Source: an uncultured Candidatus Saccharibacteria bacterium (GTDB taxonomy: Bacteria > Patescibacteriota > Minisyncoccia > JACQLN01). From it: DNA of 52,938 nucleotides. Below are positions 17,758 to 26,841 of this stretch, piece after piece. The notes beneath the pieces were generated by a model, which was given only the letters and a program-made list of their open reading frames with translations, was not told the DNA's origin and made no database searches. Every line of letters begins with the position of its first letter. Within the stretch, counting starts at the first letter, position 1. The position numbers were made by a program, and so were the translations under genes. The DNA is taken from positions 1 to 52,938 of the forward strand of contig CAZGLK010000002.1 in assembly GCA_964526375.1 (NCBI GenBank), given 5' to 3'.

Positions 17758-19137
17758 ATGGATAAAGACGAGCTTTGGCAAACCGCTTTGGCGGAAATAG
17801 AATTAACTCTGTCAAAAGCCAATTTTGTTACCTGGTTCCGCAACACCTCCATAGCCCACAAAAAAGAGGGTGTGGTTTTAATATCCACCCCCAGCGCTTT
17901 TAACAAGGAGTGGTTGGAAAGCAAATACAATCTTTTGATTCTTAAAACATTGCGGGGTCTGGCCGGAGATGTTAAAGAAATAAAGTTCGCCATAAAGCCG
18001 CAGATAGAATCTGAAAGAAAAATCGCGCCGGCCAGAAAAAGAGAGTTTGGCCTGCCGCTATTAGCCGACCATCAGCTTAACATGGCCGACTTGGTTACCC
18101 CAGACAAAGAAACCAATCTTAACCCCAAATACACTTTTGACTCTTTTGTGGTAGGCTCTTCCAACGAACTGGCCCATGCCGCGGCGGTGGCTGTGAGCAA
18201 ACAACTCGGCACCACCTACAACCCCTTGTTTATTTACGGCGGGGTGGGTTTGGGCAAAACCCACCTTCTGCAGGCCATTGGCAACGCGGCCGTAAAAGCC
18301 GATGGCAAAATAAAGGTGCGGTATGTGTCTTCGGAAAAGTTTTTGGGTGAGCTTATCAACTCCATCCGCGGCAAAACCGTTGATAAATTTAAAGAGGAAT
18401 ACAAAAAAATAAACCTGCTCATAGTTGACGACATTCAATTTCTGGCCGGCAAGGAAAAAACCCAGGAGGAGTTCTTTCACATTTTTAACGAGCTTTACCA
18501 AAAAAACAACCAAATAGTGCTTTCTTCCGACCGGCCGCCCAAAGCCATAAACACCCTGGAGGAGCGGCTGCGCTCCCGTTTTGAGGGCGGCATGATCGCC
18601 GACATTATTCCGCCCGATTATGAAACCCGCATTGCCATATTAAAAAACAAAATGGCGGAAAGGGGGTTGGGCGATTTGGGTGAAGATGTTTTGTCTTACG
18701 TGGCCAATATGGTAACTAAAAATATCAGGGAGTTGGAGGGCGCCTTAAACAGAATATCAATGCTGGGCCAAACAGCCAGCCTGCCGCCAAGCCTAGATAA
18801 AGTCAAAACCGCCCTGGCTAACATCAACCACGCCAATACCGCCGTAAAAACAACGGCTAAGGCCATAATAAAAGCAGTGTCGGAGTTTTACGACATTAAA
18901 GAAGAGGATTTGATCAACCAATCCAGAAAAAGAGAAATAGTTCTGCCGCGCCAAATTTGCATGTATTTGATGCGTGAGGAGTTAAAGAGCTCCTACCCCT
19001 TTATTGGCGAGAGATTCGGCGGCCGAGACCACACCACAGTTATGCATGCCTGTGATAAAATAAACAAAATCCTGCAAACCAGCGAGGGTTTGAGCGACGA
19101 AATCAGCACTATTAAAAACAAAGTCTACGAATCTTAA
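17758..19137 (+). CDS. dnaA: Chromosomal replication initiator DnaA
   Basis: The 459-aa ORF has Walker A GGVGLGKTHL, the segment LLIVDDIQFL, and the C-terminal DNA-binding motif GGRDHTTVMHA. Confidence 0.97.
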   Translation: MDKDELWQTALAEIELTLSKANFVTWFRNTSIAHKKEGVVLISTPSAFNKEWLESKYNLLILKTLRGLAGDVKEIKFAIKPQIESERKIAPARKREFGLPLLADHQLNMADLVTPDKETNLNPKYTFDSFVVGSSNELAHAAAVAVSKQLGTTYNPLFIYGGVGLGKTHLLQAIGNAAVKADGKIKVRYVSSEKFLGELINSIRGKTVDKFKEEYKKINLLIVDDIQFLAGKEKTQEEFFHIFNELYQKNNQIVLSSDRPPKAINTLEERLRSRFEGGMIADIIPPDYETRIAILKNKMAERGLGDLGEDVLSYVANMVTKNIRELEGALNRISMLGQTASLPPSLDKVKTALANINHANTAVKTTAKAIIKAVSEFYDIKEEDLINQSRKREIVLPRQICMYLMREELKSSYPFIGERFGGRDHTTVMHACDKINKILQTSEGLSDEISTIKNKVYES

Positions 19138-19234
19138 AAAGTATGGATATGGTGTGGAATTTGTGTTCCAAAAGCAGGGAATTGTTTTAATAACGCCACA
19201 ACATCGGAAAAACAAAAATACCCCGGTCAACCCC

Positions 19235-19402
19235 TTATCTACACAAAATACCATTGAAATAAAACCATTAGGCACATTATTTGCACACCCGAGAAAGCGA
19301 ATATTTATTTTGTTTAAACGGGTTTAACAACAATCAAAAACTCTTGTGGATTAATAACTAATAATCAATAATAAAGTTTAATTTAATTAATTTAATTATT
19401 AG
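19235..19402. promoter_or_regulatory. Candidate oriC segment: DnaA-box-like sites plus an AT-rich unwinding stretch
   Basis: TTATCTACA lies at 19235-19243 and TGTGGATTA (reverse complement TAATCCACA) at 19345-19353. A nearly pure A/T run follows at 19354-19402, just before dnaN. Confidence 0.6.
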
Positions 19403-19405
19403 CTT

Positions 19406-20521
19406 ATGAAAGTTGTCTGCGGCACCCAAAAACTTAAAACAGCTCTGGATAATTCCGAAAGAATTTTGACTCGCCATTTAACCCTGCCGATTCTTAACAA
19501 CGTTTTGATTCGGGTTATTAATAACGGTCTAAGAGTTGTTTCAACCAATTTGGAAATGGCGGTTAGTTCGTGGTTTCCGTGCAAAATTGTAAGCCCCGGT
19601 GAAACCACCGTACCCGCCAAGGTTTTTCACGCTATTATAGCCGGCTTAAATGCAGAAAAAATTGATTTGGAAACAAAAAAAGACAACTCTTTGAATATCC
19701 GCGCCGATAATTACACCGCCGATATAAAAAGCGAAGACGGCAAAAATTTTCCCATAATACCTCATCCCAAAAACGGCTTGGAAATTAAAATAAAAAGCGG
19801 TGAAATAATCAAAGCCATTGGGCAAACGATTGGTTTTGTTTCAAATTCCGAAACCAGACCGGAAATAACCGGCGTGTTGCTTGCCAAAGAAAAAGGCGAG
19901 CAGTTTTTAAGAGTGGTTGGCACCGACAGTTTCAGGCTTGGCGAGAAAAAGATCGCCGTTGGGGGCGATTTAAAGAATGTGGAGTTTTCGGTGATTGTTC
20001 CAGCCAGAACGGCCGCCGAAATTATTAGGATATACAGCAACGAAAACGAGGAGTTAAACATTGTTTTGGAAAAAAACCAGATATACTTTGAATCCGGCAA
20101 GGTGGAGGTTGTTTCGCGGGTGATTGAGGGCAATTTCCCCGATTATCGCCGCCTGATTCCCCAAGAATTTAAAACCCAAGCCGGTTTGAATAAGGATGAT
20201 TTTGTAAAAACTTTAAAGTTGGTAAGTTTATCGTCGGGGAGAATCAATGACATCAGCCTGTCTTTTTTACCCGGCAAAGATGCCCGGGTTAAGGTTTTCT
20301 CGGCCGACCCTGATTTGGGCGAAAGCAGTTCTTTTTTGCCGGTGGGTTTGTCTGGCGAAGGACTATCAGCCAAGTTTAACTGGCGATATTTGGTTGACGG
20401 TATTGGAGTGGTTGATTCCGACAAGGTGGTGCTAAGTTTTGTTGATGAAACCAAGCCCTGCTTGGTTAGACCGGCTTCTGATGACGGGTTTTTGTATTTA
20501 GTAATGCCGATAAGGTCTTGA
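19406..20521 (+). CDS. dnaN: DNA polymerase III beta sliding clamp
   Basis: The 371-aa ORF follows dnaA and contains TDSFRL and RVIEGNFPDY. Confidence 0.95.
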   Translation: MKVVCGTQKLKTALDNSERILTRHLTLPILNNVLIRVINNGLRVVSTNLEMAVSSWFPCKIVSPGETTVPAKVFHAIIAGLNAEKIDLETKKDNSLNIRADNYTADIKSEDGKNFPIIPHPKNGLEIKIKSGEIIKAIGQTIGFVSNSETRPEITGVLLAKEKGEQFLRVVGTDSFRLGEKKIAVGGDLKNVEFSVIVPARTAAEIIRIYSNENEELNIVLEKNQIYFESGKVEVVSRVIEGNFPDYRRLIPQEFKTQAGLNKDDFVKTLKLVSLSSGRINDISLSFLPGKDARVKVFSADPDLGESSSFLPVGLSGEGLSAKFNWRYLVDGIGVVDSDKVVLSFVDETKPCLVRPASDDGFLYLVMPIRS

Positions 20522-20522
20522 T

Positions 20523-20618
20523 GCTAGGGTTTTAGCTTATTAGCTTATTAGGACGCTAGGGAATTAATCTGTGGAAAAATTAATCCTAAAGCCTAATATC
20601 CTAGTAAGCTAGTAAGCT
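20523..20618. repeat. Family-E palindrome, empty form
   Basis: The arms are GCTAGGGTTTTAGCTTATTAGCTTATTAGGACGCTAGGG and CCTAAAGCCTAATATCCTAGTAAGCTAGTAAGC. The right arm is the same one that closes the 4HB cassette at 581-607. Confidence 0.75.
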
Positions 20619-20621
20619 GCC

Positions 20622-21164
20622 TTGAGTGGTCACAGCAAATGGGCTCAAATCAAAAGAAAAAAGGCCATAACCGATGCTCAAAGAAGCCGGCTGTTTTCTA
20701 AATTTTCAAAACTGATTGAGGTGGCGGCTAAAAACAACCCCGACCCTAAAACCAATTTTGCCCTGCGCTCTGCGGTGGAACAGGCCAGAAAAGTCAATAT
20801 GCCCGCGGCCAATATTGAGCGGGCCATAAAAAAAGCCTCTGCGGCAGGGGGCGAGGAGCTGGAGAATATAATCTACGAAGCTTACGGTCCGGGCGGCGCG
20901 GCCATAATAGTTGCGGCGGTAACTTCAAACAAAAACAGAACCGTGGCCGAAATAAAACATATCTTGTCGCAATACGGCGGCAGCTTGTCGGGCCCAGGCA
21001 GCGCCATGTGGCTGTTTGATAAAAAAAATAACGAGGCGGCGGTGAGGTGGGAGCCCAAAAACATTCTTAAAATTAACACCGAAGACGAGGCCAAACTGAA
21101 CGACCTTTTAGACGCACTGGATGAAAATGAGGATGTGGTGGGGGTGTATACCAACAGCGAATAA
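20622..21164 (+). CDS. YebC/PmpR-family protein, short form
   Basis: The ORF has a TTG start and MSGHSKWAQIKRKK is the family signature. At 180 aa it is shorter than the usual length of about 240 aa. Confidence 0.85.
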   Translation: MSGHSKWAQIKRKKAITDAQRSRLFSKFSKLIEVAAKNNPDPKTNFALRSAVEQARKVNMPAANIERAIKKASAAGGEELENIIYEAYGPGGAAIIVAAVTSNKNRTVAEIKHILSQYGGSLSGPGSAMWLFDKKNNEAAVRWEPKNILKINTEDEAKLNDLLDALDENEDVVGVYTNSE

Positions 21165-21170
21165 ATATGT

Positions 21171-21276
21171 TTTGATAAAATAATCCCAAACTACAAATTT
21201 ATCCGAATGCACCAAACGATGAGTTTCTGTTCGGAGCATTAGGATACATTCGGATTTTTTGGATTATGTTGTCAAT
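21171..21276. repeat. Family-A long palindrome
   Basis: The sequence is TTTGATAAAATAATCCCAAACTACAAATTTATCCGAATGC ... CGGAGCATTAGGATACATTCGGATTTTTTGGATTATGTTGTC. Confidence 0.85.
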
Positions 21277-21278
21277 CT

Positions 21279-21764
21279 GTGATTATACTTGGTATTGACC
21301 CCGGCACCAACAGAATTGGCTGGGGTGTGGTTGAAGAAAGCGATACCGCCATCCGTTTTGTTGATTGCGGCTGTGTTGAGTTTAAGACTAATACTGACAC
21401 ACATACCAATTTGGATCGTCTGCATACCTCGGTTCGCAAACTAATCAGCCAACACCAGCCCGACGCTGTGGCGGTGGAGAAGATATTTTTTTTTAAAAAT
21501 TCTAAAACAGTTATTGGGGTTAGCCAGGCTAGGGGTGTGATTTTGCTGGCCGCTGCCCAAACCAACACACCCATCCGCGAGTTTACTCCCTTGCAGGTAA
21601 AACAAGCGGTATCGGCTTACGGCCGAGCCCAAAAGAAAGAAGTTCAAAAAATGGTTCGCCTCATTTTGAATTTGGACTTTGACCCAGCTCCGGACGATGC
21701 CGCCGACGCCTTGGCTGTGGCCATTTGTGCCGCCCACTCTGTTGGAATAAGGAATAAGGAATAA
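21279..21764 (+). CDS. ruvC: Crossover junction endodeoxyribonuclease RuvC
   Basis: The ORF has a GTG start and contains ILGIDPGTNRIGWGV and the C-terminal DAADALAVAICAA. Confidence 0.92.
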   Translation: MIILGIDPGTNRIGWGVVEESDTAIRFVDCGCVEFKTNTDTHTNLDRLHTSVRKLISQHQPDAVAVEKIFFFKNSKTVIGVSQARGVILLAAAQTNTPIREFTPLQVKQAVSAYGRAQKKEVQKMVRLILNLDFDPAPDDAADALAVAICAAHSVGIRNKE

Positions 21765-22007
21765 TGAATTATGAATTAGGACGGGGGATTTACAAACCCG
21801 TGATTCATGATTCGGGATTCATGATTCGCTGTTTGGGTTGGGGATAAATCAGCATTGACCCGCAAGCCATAATAAGTAAAATTAAGCCAAGCTTAACAAT
21901 AGGCGGCTACACAACCAAATTAAAAGGTCGTTTTTAAGGCGGTAACCCCGCACTAGATCCGCCAGCTGGCGGATCAGTACAGGGTCTGACAATATAATAA
22001 ACATTAT

Positions 22008-22184
22008 ATGCTACACGCACCTTTAATAGATTTTGCCTACAAATCAGATTATAACGAAGACAACTCCGACGGTTTTGGCGGCAGCGACACAGATGCGGAC
22101 GTCAAAGATGACACAGAAGAAGAGGATGTGGATGAAGTTGATGAGGTTGACGACGACGAGGATGCCGAGGATGATTTGGAGTAA
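22008..22184 (+). CDS. Possible small, extremely acidic protein (58 aa)
   Basis: My translation gives MLHAPLIDFAYKSDYNEDNSDGFGGSDTDADVKDDTEEEDVDEVDEVDDDEDAEDDLE. TATAAT-like sequence lies just upstream and a strong hairpin terminator lies downstream. It is below the ORF-track cutoff. Confidence 0.35.
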   Translation: MLHAPLIDFAYKSDYNEDNSDGFGGSDTDADVKDDTEEEDVDEVDEVDDDEDAEDDLE

Positions 22185-22252
22185 TACGATAAAAAGTAAC
22201 TGAGTAATTGGTAACTAGGTAATTAAGCAAACTGGCAGTTACTTGATTACAA

Positions 22253-22287
22253 AAACCTCTCCCGATGTATATTGGGGAGAGGTTTTT
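22253..22287. terminator. Bidirectional intrinsic terminator
   Basis: The stem is AAACCTCTCCC-loop-GGGGAGAGGTTT, with an A-run before and a T-run after. It sits between the convergent small ORF and tyrS. Confidence 0.75.
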
Positions 22288-22314
22288 AATTACCCGATTA
22301 CCCAATTACTGAAT

Positions 22315-23523
22315 TTACCTAACTACTTTTACAAACTTATGCTTGCCCACTTTTAGAACTACACCCTCGGGCTTAATTTTAACAAGCTCGCCCGGAGATT
22401 TAATAGTGCTGCCGTCCACATCCACCGCGCCGTCTTCTATCAGCCGCCGGGCCTCGCTCTTGGACGCGGCCAAACCAGACTCAATTACCAAATCCAGTAA
22501 AGATAGTTCCTCTGGCCCGGTTTTTATTGTTTCCAAATCACTAGGCGTGCCTTTGTGGCTAAAGGTGTTTGTGAAACTCTGTTGGGCCGATACGGCTTCG
22601 GACGGCGAATGATAAAGTTTTACTATCTCTTCAGCCAGGCGCAGTTTAAGGTCGCGCGGGTTAACCCGCTTTTGCTCTAAATCCCGAGCCATCTCTTTGA
22701 CCTCGCTCCACCCAACTCGCGTGGCTAGCGTAAAGTAATCAATTATTAAACTATCGTTCAAAGACATAATCTTGCCAAACTGTTCCCGCGGCGGCTCGTT
22801 AAGGCCTATGTAGTTGTTTAAACTTTGACCCATTTTTTGCGAGCCGTCTAGTCCTACCAGCAACTCTATGGCCACAATGCTTTGCGGTTCCTGGCCAAAG
22901 TCTTTTTGCAGGTCGCGGCCAAAGTTTTCATTAAAAATCTGATCGGTGCCGATTACCGTAAGGTCGCTTTTTAGCATAACCGAGTCATAGCCCTGCAAAA
23001 CAGGATAGATGGTTTCGTGCAGTTGCGTGGCCAGACCCTTCTTTTTTCTTTCGCGGAACATGTCGCGCTCCAAAACTTGGTCTGTGGTGAAGTGAGACAT
23101 TAGTTTTAAAAGCTCCTCGGCCGACATATTGTCGTACCACTCGCTGTTGGTCCGCACCTCTAATTCTTTGATGTTGAGTATCTTGCTGATTTGGTCTAAA
23201 TAGTTTTTGGCCGCGGCTTCGGTTTCTTGTTTTGACCGCAAAGTCCTTGTTTTTAATTTTTCAGTGGGGTCGCCAAAACGGCCGGTAAAGCCGCCGATAA
23301 GAAAAACAATTTTGTGCCCCATTTCTTGCAAATCCCTAAGTTTTAGGTAGACTGAAGCGTGGCCGAGGTGCAGGTTTTGGCCGGAGGGGTCAACCCCATG
23401 TTTTACGCGCAAAACTTGGCCCGAGGCCAGTTGGCGGCGGACATCTTCTGGGGTGATAATCTCTTTTACGCCCCTTTCCAAAAAATCCTCTATTTTAGCT
23501 GGTGATGTGTCTGTTTGAGGCAT
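22315..23523 (-). CDS. tyrS: Tyrosine--tRNA ligase
   Basis: The class I motifs are HLGH and KMGQS, and the C-terminus is S4-like (SKSEARRLIEDGAV). The ATG at 23523 (MPQTD) is preferred; the upstream extension to 23604 reads repeat sequence. Confidence 0.9.
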   Translation of the reverse strand: MPQTDTSPAKIEDFLERGVKEIITPEDVRRQLASGQVLRVKHGVDPSGQNLHLGHASVYLKLRDLQEMGHKIVFLIGGFTGRFGDPTEKLKTRTLRSKQETEAAAKNYLDQISKILNIKELEVRTNSEWYDNMSAEELLKLMSHFTTDQVLERDMFRERKKKGLATQLHETIYPVLQGYDSVMLKSDLTVIGTDQIFNENFGRDLQKDFGQEPQSIVAIELLVGLDGSQKMGQSLNNYIGLNEPPREQFGKIMSLNDSLIIDYFTLATRVGWSEVKEMARDLEQKRVNPRDLKLRLAEEIVKLYHSPSEAVSAQQSFTNTFSHKGTPSDLETIKTGPEELSLLDLVIESGLAASKSEARRLIEDGAVDVDGSTIKSPGELVKIKPEGVVLKVGKHKFVKVVR

Positions 23524-23672
23524 ATAAACCGATCCGAACAACCCGAACTTTACCCGAATGACCCGAAGAGTTAAGCTCACTCCATTTGTGTCATTCGGAT
23601 GCATTCGTAGCTTCGCATCGCATTATACGCAGTATAAGATATGTGCTATAAATAATCAAAGAGATTTAGGAC

Positions 23673-25886
23673 ATGGGCAGTGATTTGATCAAAAATGCCA
23701 ACTCGGGACGGGGTCTGTTGAAGTTTATAATCGGCCTTGTTTTGGTGTTGGCGCTGGGGGGGCTGGCCGCCACCCTGGCGGTTTTTATTGTTTTTTCCAG
23801 AAACCTGCCCGACCCCTCCAATTTGGAGGATCGCAGTATTACCCAGTCAACTAAAATCTACGACCGCACTGGCAAAATAACTTTGTACGACATTCACGGC
23901 GAGGAAAAAAGAACCGTCATCCCTTTTAATGAAATTCCCCAAGTGGTTAAAGACGCTACTATTGTGGCCGAAGACCGAGACTTTTATAAGCATCACGGTG
24001 TTGACTTTAAGGCCATTGTTCGGGCGGCTTGGCAAAATATTATCAGTGATTCCCTGCAGGGCGGCTCTACCATTACCCAGCAGTTCGTAAAAAAATCCAT
24101 ATTGTCCGACGAGCGCACATTCACCCGAAAAATAAAAGAAGCCATTCTGGCGCTGGAGCTGGAGCGGCGATATTCCAAAGACGAGATACTTAATTTTTAC
24201 TTAAACCAGATTCCCTACGGTTCTAACGCTTACGGCATTGAGGCCGCGGCTCAAACCTATTTTTCCAAAAAAGCCCCCGATCTTAGCCTGGCCGAAGCGG
24301 CTTTGTTGGCCGCCTTGCCCAAAGCCCCCAGCTATTATTCGCCTTACGGTGAGCGCAAAGCCGAATTATTAAAGCGCCAGCAGACAATTTTGGACAAAAT
24401 GGCCCAGCTTAACTATATTTCCCCGGCCGATTTGGACAAAGCCAAGAAACTGGTTCTTGATTTTTCCAAACCGCAGGCTGGCCTTAAAGCGCCCCACTTT
24501 GTTTTTTACGTGCGCCAGCTGGTGGAAGAAAAATACGGCGAGGAATATGTAGAGCGGGCGGGACTTCGCATTATTACCACACTGGACGCGGATTTGCAGG
24601 ACGCGGCCGGAGAAGCTGTGGCTGAAAGCGCCGAAAGAAATGAGGCTTCGGGCGCGGGCAATTCCGCCTTAGTGGCACTGGATCCAAAGACCGGCCAGAT
24701 TTTGGCTATGGTCGGCTCGCGCGATTTTTTTGGAGACCCCAAGCCCGAGGGCTGCACCCCGGGGGTTGACTGCAAATTTGAAGGGCAGGTTAATGTAACT
24801 ATCCGTTCGCGCCAGCCCGGCTCGGCTTTTAAGCCCATCGTTTACGCCACTGCTTTCAAAAAAGGCTACACCGATAAAACCATTCTCTTTGATGTGCCCA
24901 CCGAGTTTAGTTCCGAGTGCAATTCGTCGGGCTATCCCTTGCGTTCGGGCGCGAAGTGTTATTCGCCCACTAACTACACCGGCAAATATACAGGTGCTCT
25001 GACCGCGCGCTCGGCTTTGGCCAACTCTTTGAACGTGCCTTCGGTTCAAATGCTCTACCTGGCCGGGGTGGACGATTCCATCAACACCGCCGAGGATATG
25101 GGTATAACCACGCTCAAAGACCGTTCCCGTTTCGGCTTGTCGCTGGTTTTGGGCGGCGGCGAAGTAAGATTACTGGAGTTGACTGCGGCCTACGGCGTTT
25201 TTGCTACCGAGGGCGTGCGCCACGCGCCCGAGGCCATATTAAGAATAGAAGACGGCAAAGGCAAAGTTCTGGAAGAGTTTAAGGACGAGCCCGTTCAGGT
25301 TTTAGACAGCGAAGTGACGCGACTAGTCTCCGATGTCTTGTCGGACAATGCCGCCCGCACGCCGGTTTTTGGCTCGCGCGGCGCTTTATATTTTCCCGAC
25401 CGCCCGGTGGCGGCCAAAACCGGAACCACTAACGAGTTTAGAGACGGCTGGGCTATCGGTTACACGCCCTCACTGGTGGCCGGGGTGTGGTCGGGCAACA
25501 ACGACAACACCCCCATGAGGCGCGACCCGGGCGCGGTTACGGCGGCGCCCATTTGGCATGACTTTATGGAAAAAGCTTTTGCCAAGCTGAACTTGCCGGC
25601 TGAAAGTTTTACTCCGCCCGAGCCGCGCGCGATCAGCAGGCCGATTTTGAATGGGGAGTGGTTTATCAACGGCGCCATCCACAGCACTCTCTATTACATT
25701 AACCGCGACGATCCCTTAGGCCCGCCGCCGGCTAATCCCGCCGCCGATCCCCAGTTTGCCAATTGGGAGGCTGGAGTAAGGGCTTGGTACGGTCCGGTGT
25801 TAAAACCGGCCCCGGTTCAGCAACCGCCGGCCGGCGAGGGCACTCCATCTCCCGCGCCCTCTGCACCAATTAACACCCCCGGTTGA
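23673..25886 (+). CDS. Bifunctional class A penicillin-binding protein (PBP1A type)
   Basis: The glycosyltransferase motifs are EDRDFYKHHG and GGSTITQQ. The transpeptidase motifs are SAFKP, SLN and KTGT. There is an N-terminal TM helix. Confidence 0.93.
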   Translation: MGSDLIKNANSGRGLLKFIIGLVLVLALGGLAATLAVFIVFSRNLPDPSNLEDRSITQSTKIYDRTGKITLYDIHGEEKRTVIPFNEIPQVVKDATIVAEDRDFYKHHGVDFKAIVRAAWQNIISDSLQGGSTITQQFVKKSILSDERTFTRKIKEAILALELERRYSKDEILNFYLNQIPYGSNAYGIEAAAQTYFSKKAPDLSLAEAALLAALPKAPSYYSPYGERKAELLKRQQTILDKMAQLNYISPADLDKAKKLVLDFSKPQAGLKAPHFVFYVRQLVEEKYGEEYVERAGLRIITTLDADLQDAAGEAVAESAERNEASGAGNSALVALDPKTGQILAMVGSRDFFGDPKPEGCTPGVDCKFEGQVNVTIRSRQPGSAFKPIVYATAFKKGYTDKTILFDVPTEFSSECNSSGYPLRSGAKCYSPTNYTGKYTGALTARSALANSLNVPSVQMLYLAGVDDSINTAEDMGITTLKDRSRFGLSLVLGGGEVRLLELTAAYGVFATEGVRHAPEAILRIEDGKGKVLEEFKDEPVQVLDSEVTRLVSDVLSDNAARTPVFGSRGALYFPDRPVAAKTGTTNEFRDGWAIGYTPSLVAGVWSGNNDNTPMRRDPGAVTAAPIWHDFMEKAFAKLNLPAESFTPPEPRAISRPILNGEWFINGAIHSTLYYINRDDPLGPPPANPAADPQFANWEAGVRAWYGPVLKPAPVQQPPAGEGTPSPAPSAPINTPG

Positions 25887-25893
25887 TGGAGAG

Positions 25894-25927
25894 GAGGCTT
25901 AGCCTCCAAAAGGAGGCTAAGCCTCCC
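25894..25927. terminator. Tandem self-complementary hairpins after the PBP gene
   Basis: GGAGGCTTAGCCTCC-AAAA-GGAGGCTAAGCCTCC lies immediately after the stop codon. Confidence 0.6.
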
Positions 25928-25970
25928 TGAGCGAAAGTTCTTTAATTTTAAAACAAAGGAGGCACGAATT

Positions 25971-26747
25971 ATGCCGACATTGAACCGCCGAGAGTTTTTA
26001 AGATGGCTGACCTTGGCCGGCGGCGCAGCCGCCTGCCTGCCGGTAGGCATGGCCTGTGGTGACAAATCAACCGGACCGTCTCAATCCGAACCAGACATTA
26101 TGCTGGGGGGGTCGGAGACGGAGCTTGTTGAAACGGCCGGCGGGCAGTTTAACCGCTTGTGGGCTATGGCCCAAAACCCCGGCCGCGAAGTTACCCTGGG
26201 TTTTTCTGAAGGCGGCATGCAAGAAGTTTTGCGAATGAGTTTTGTTAAAAACAAAAGCGCAGAGTATCATCATTTAAGAGTGGTGCGCCAATCAACCGGC
26301 GAGGCGGCCAATTTGCTCTGGGGCCTAGAAAATTTCCTGCCGGCCATTAAACTCGTTGATGACAGCGGCCGGGCGCTGGTTAAAAACGGGCGGGAGATCG
26401 CGGTTGATTTTGCCAGCACCAAAATTGCGGCCCAATCCCAGAGCATTGATCTTTTGGAGCTGGGAGCCAAAGTGGCAATTATTGCTTTGGCCATTTGGCT
26501 GGGCGCGGCCGTGGGCAAAGCCGTGCTGGCGGCCATTGGTTTTATTGCCTTTAACGCCATGGTCTTGGGTCTTGTGGTATTGGCTTTGGGAGCGCTGTCG
26601 CCCCTGCTTGAAAAGATCAGGGATGTTACCGGCTGGCAGGCGGGTGATGTTAAGGCCTTTATGGAGGCTGGTGTGGAGAGATTAAAAGAGTTCTTTGGCG
26701 AAGCCCGGCAGTTGCTGGATACCCTACTAATTACAAATAATTACTAA
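25971..26747 (+). CDS. Hypothetical Tat-signal lipoprotein-like protein with a C-terminal hydrophobic region
   Basis: The N-terminus has a twin-arginine motif NRREFLRWL followed by a lipobox-like GMACG. The C-terminal half is Ala/Gly/Leu-rich and hydrophobic, and the gene is G+C-rich. Confidence 0.65.
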   Translation: MPTLNRREFLRWLTLAGGAAACLPVGMACGDKSTGPSQSEPDIMLGGSETELVETAGGQFNRLWAMAQNPGREVTLGFSEGGMQEVLRMSFVKNKSAEYHHLRVVRQSTGEAANLLWGLENFLPAIKLVDDSGRALVKNGREIAVDFASTKIAAQSQSIDLLELGAKVAIIALAIWLGAAVGKAVLAAIGFIAFNAMVLGLVVLALGALSPLLEKIRDVTGWQAGDVKAFMEAGVERLKEFFGEARQLLDTLLITNNY

Positions 26748-26808
26748 TCTACCAATGAATCAGTAAATTTGTAACTATTAGTAATTGGTAGGGGGTCACC
26801 GTTCTTTC

Positions 26809-26841
26809 AAAACCGCCCCGAGCTTGTCGAGGGGCGGTTTT
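26809..26841. terminator. Hairpin at the left edge of the island, overlapping the fic stop
   Basis: The hairpin is AAAACCGCCCC-GAGCTTGTCGA-GGGGCGGTTTT. It is preceded by GGGGGTCACC and GTTCTTTC, and a near-identical hairpin lies at 34369-34403. Confidence 0.7.

Noticed and set aside
22258-22270. A 13-nt match TCTCCCGATGTAT shared between the terminator at 22253-22287 and stem I of the hammerhead (29177-29189).
   Set aside because: No CUGAUGA/GAAA core accompanies the 22.2-kb copy. It is probably chance, or reuse of a hairpin word.
23524-23604. N-terminal ORF extensions into repeats. The affected genes are tyrS (23604), jag (15855), yidC (16669), tsaE (39509), the DUF457-like gene (42668), holA (44285), ORF 8818 and ORF 34358.
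   Set aside because: The extensions translate palindromic repeat or terminator sequence. Internal ATG or GTG codons give N-termini matching the family consensus, so the shorter models are used.
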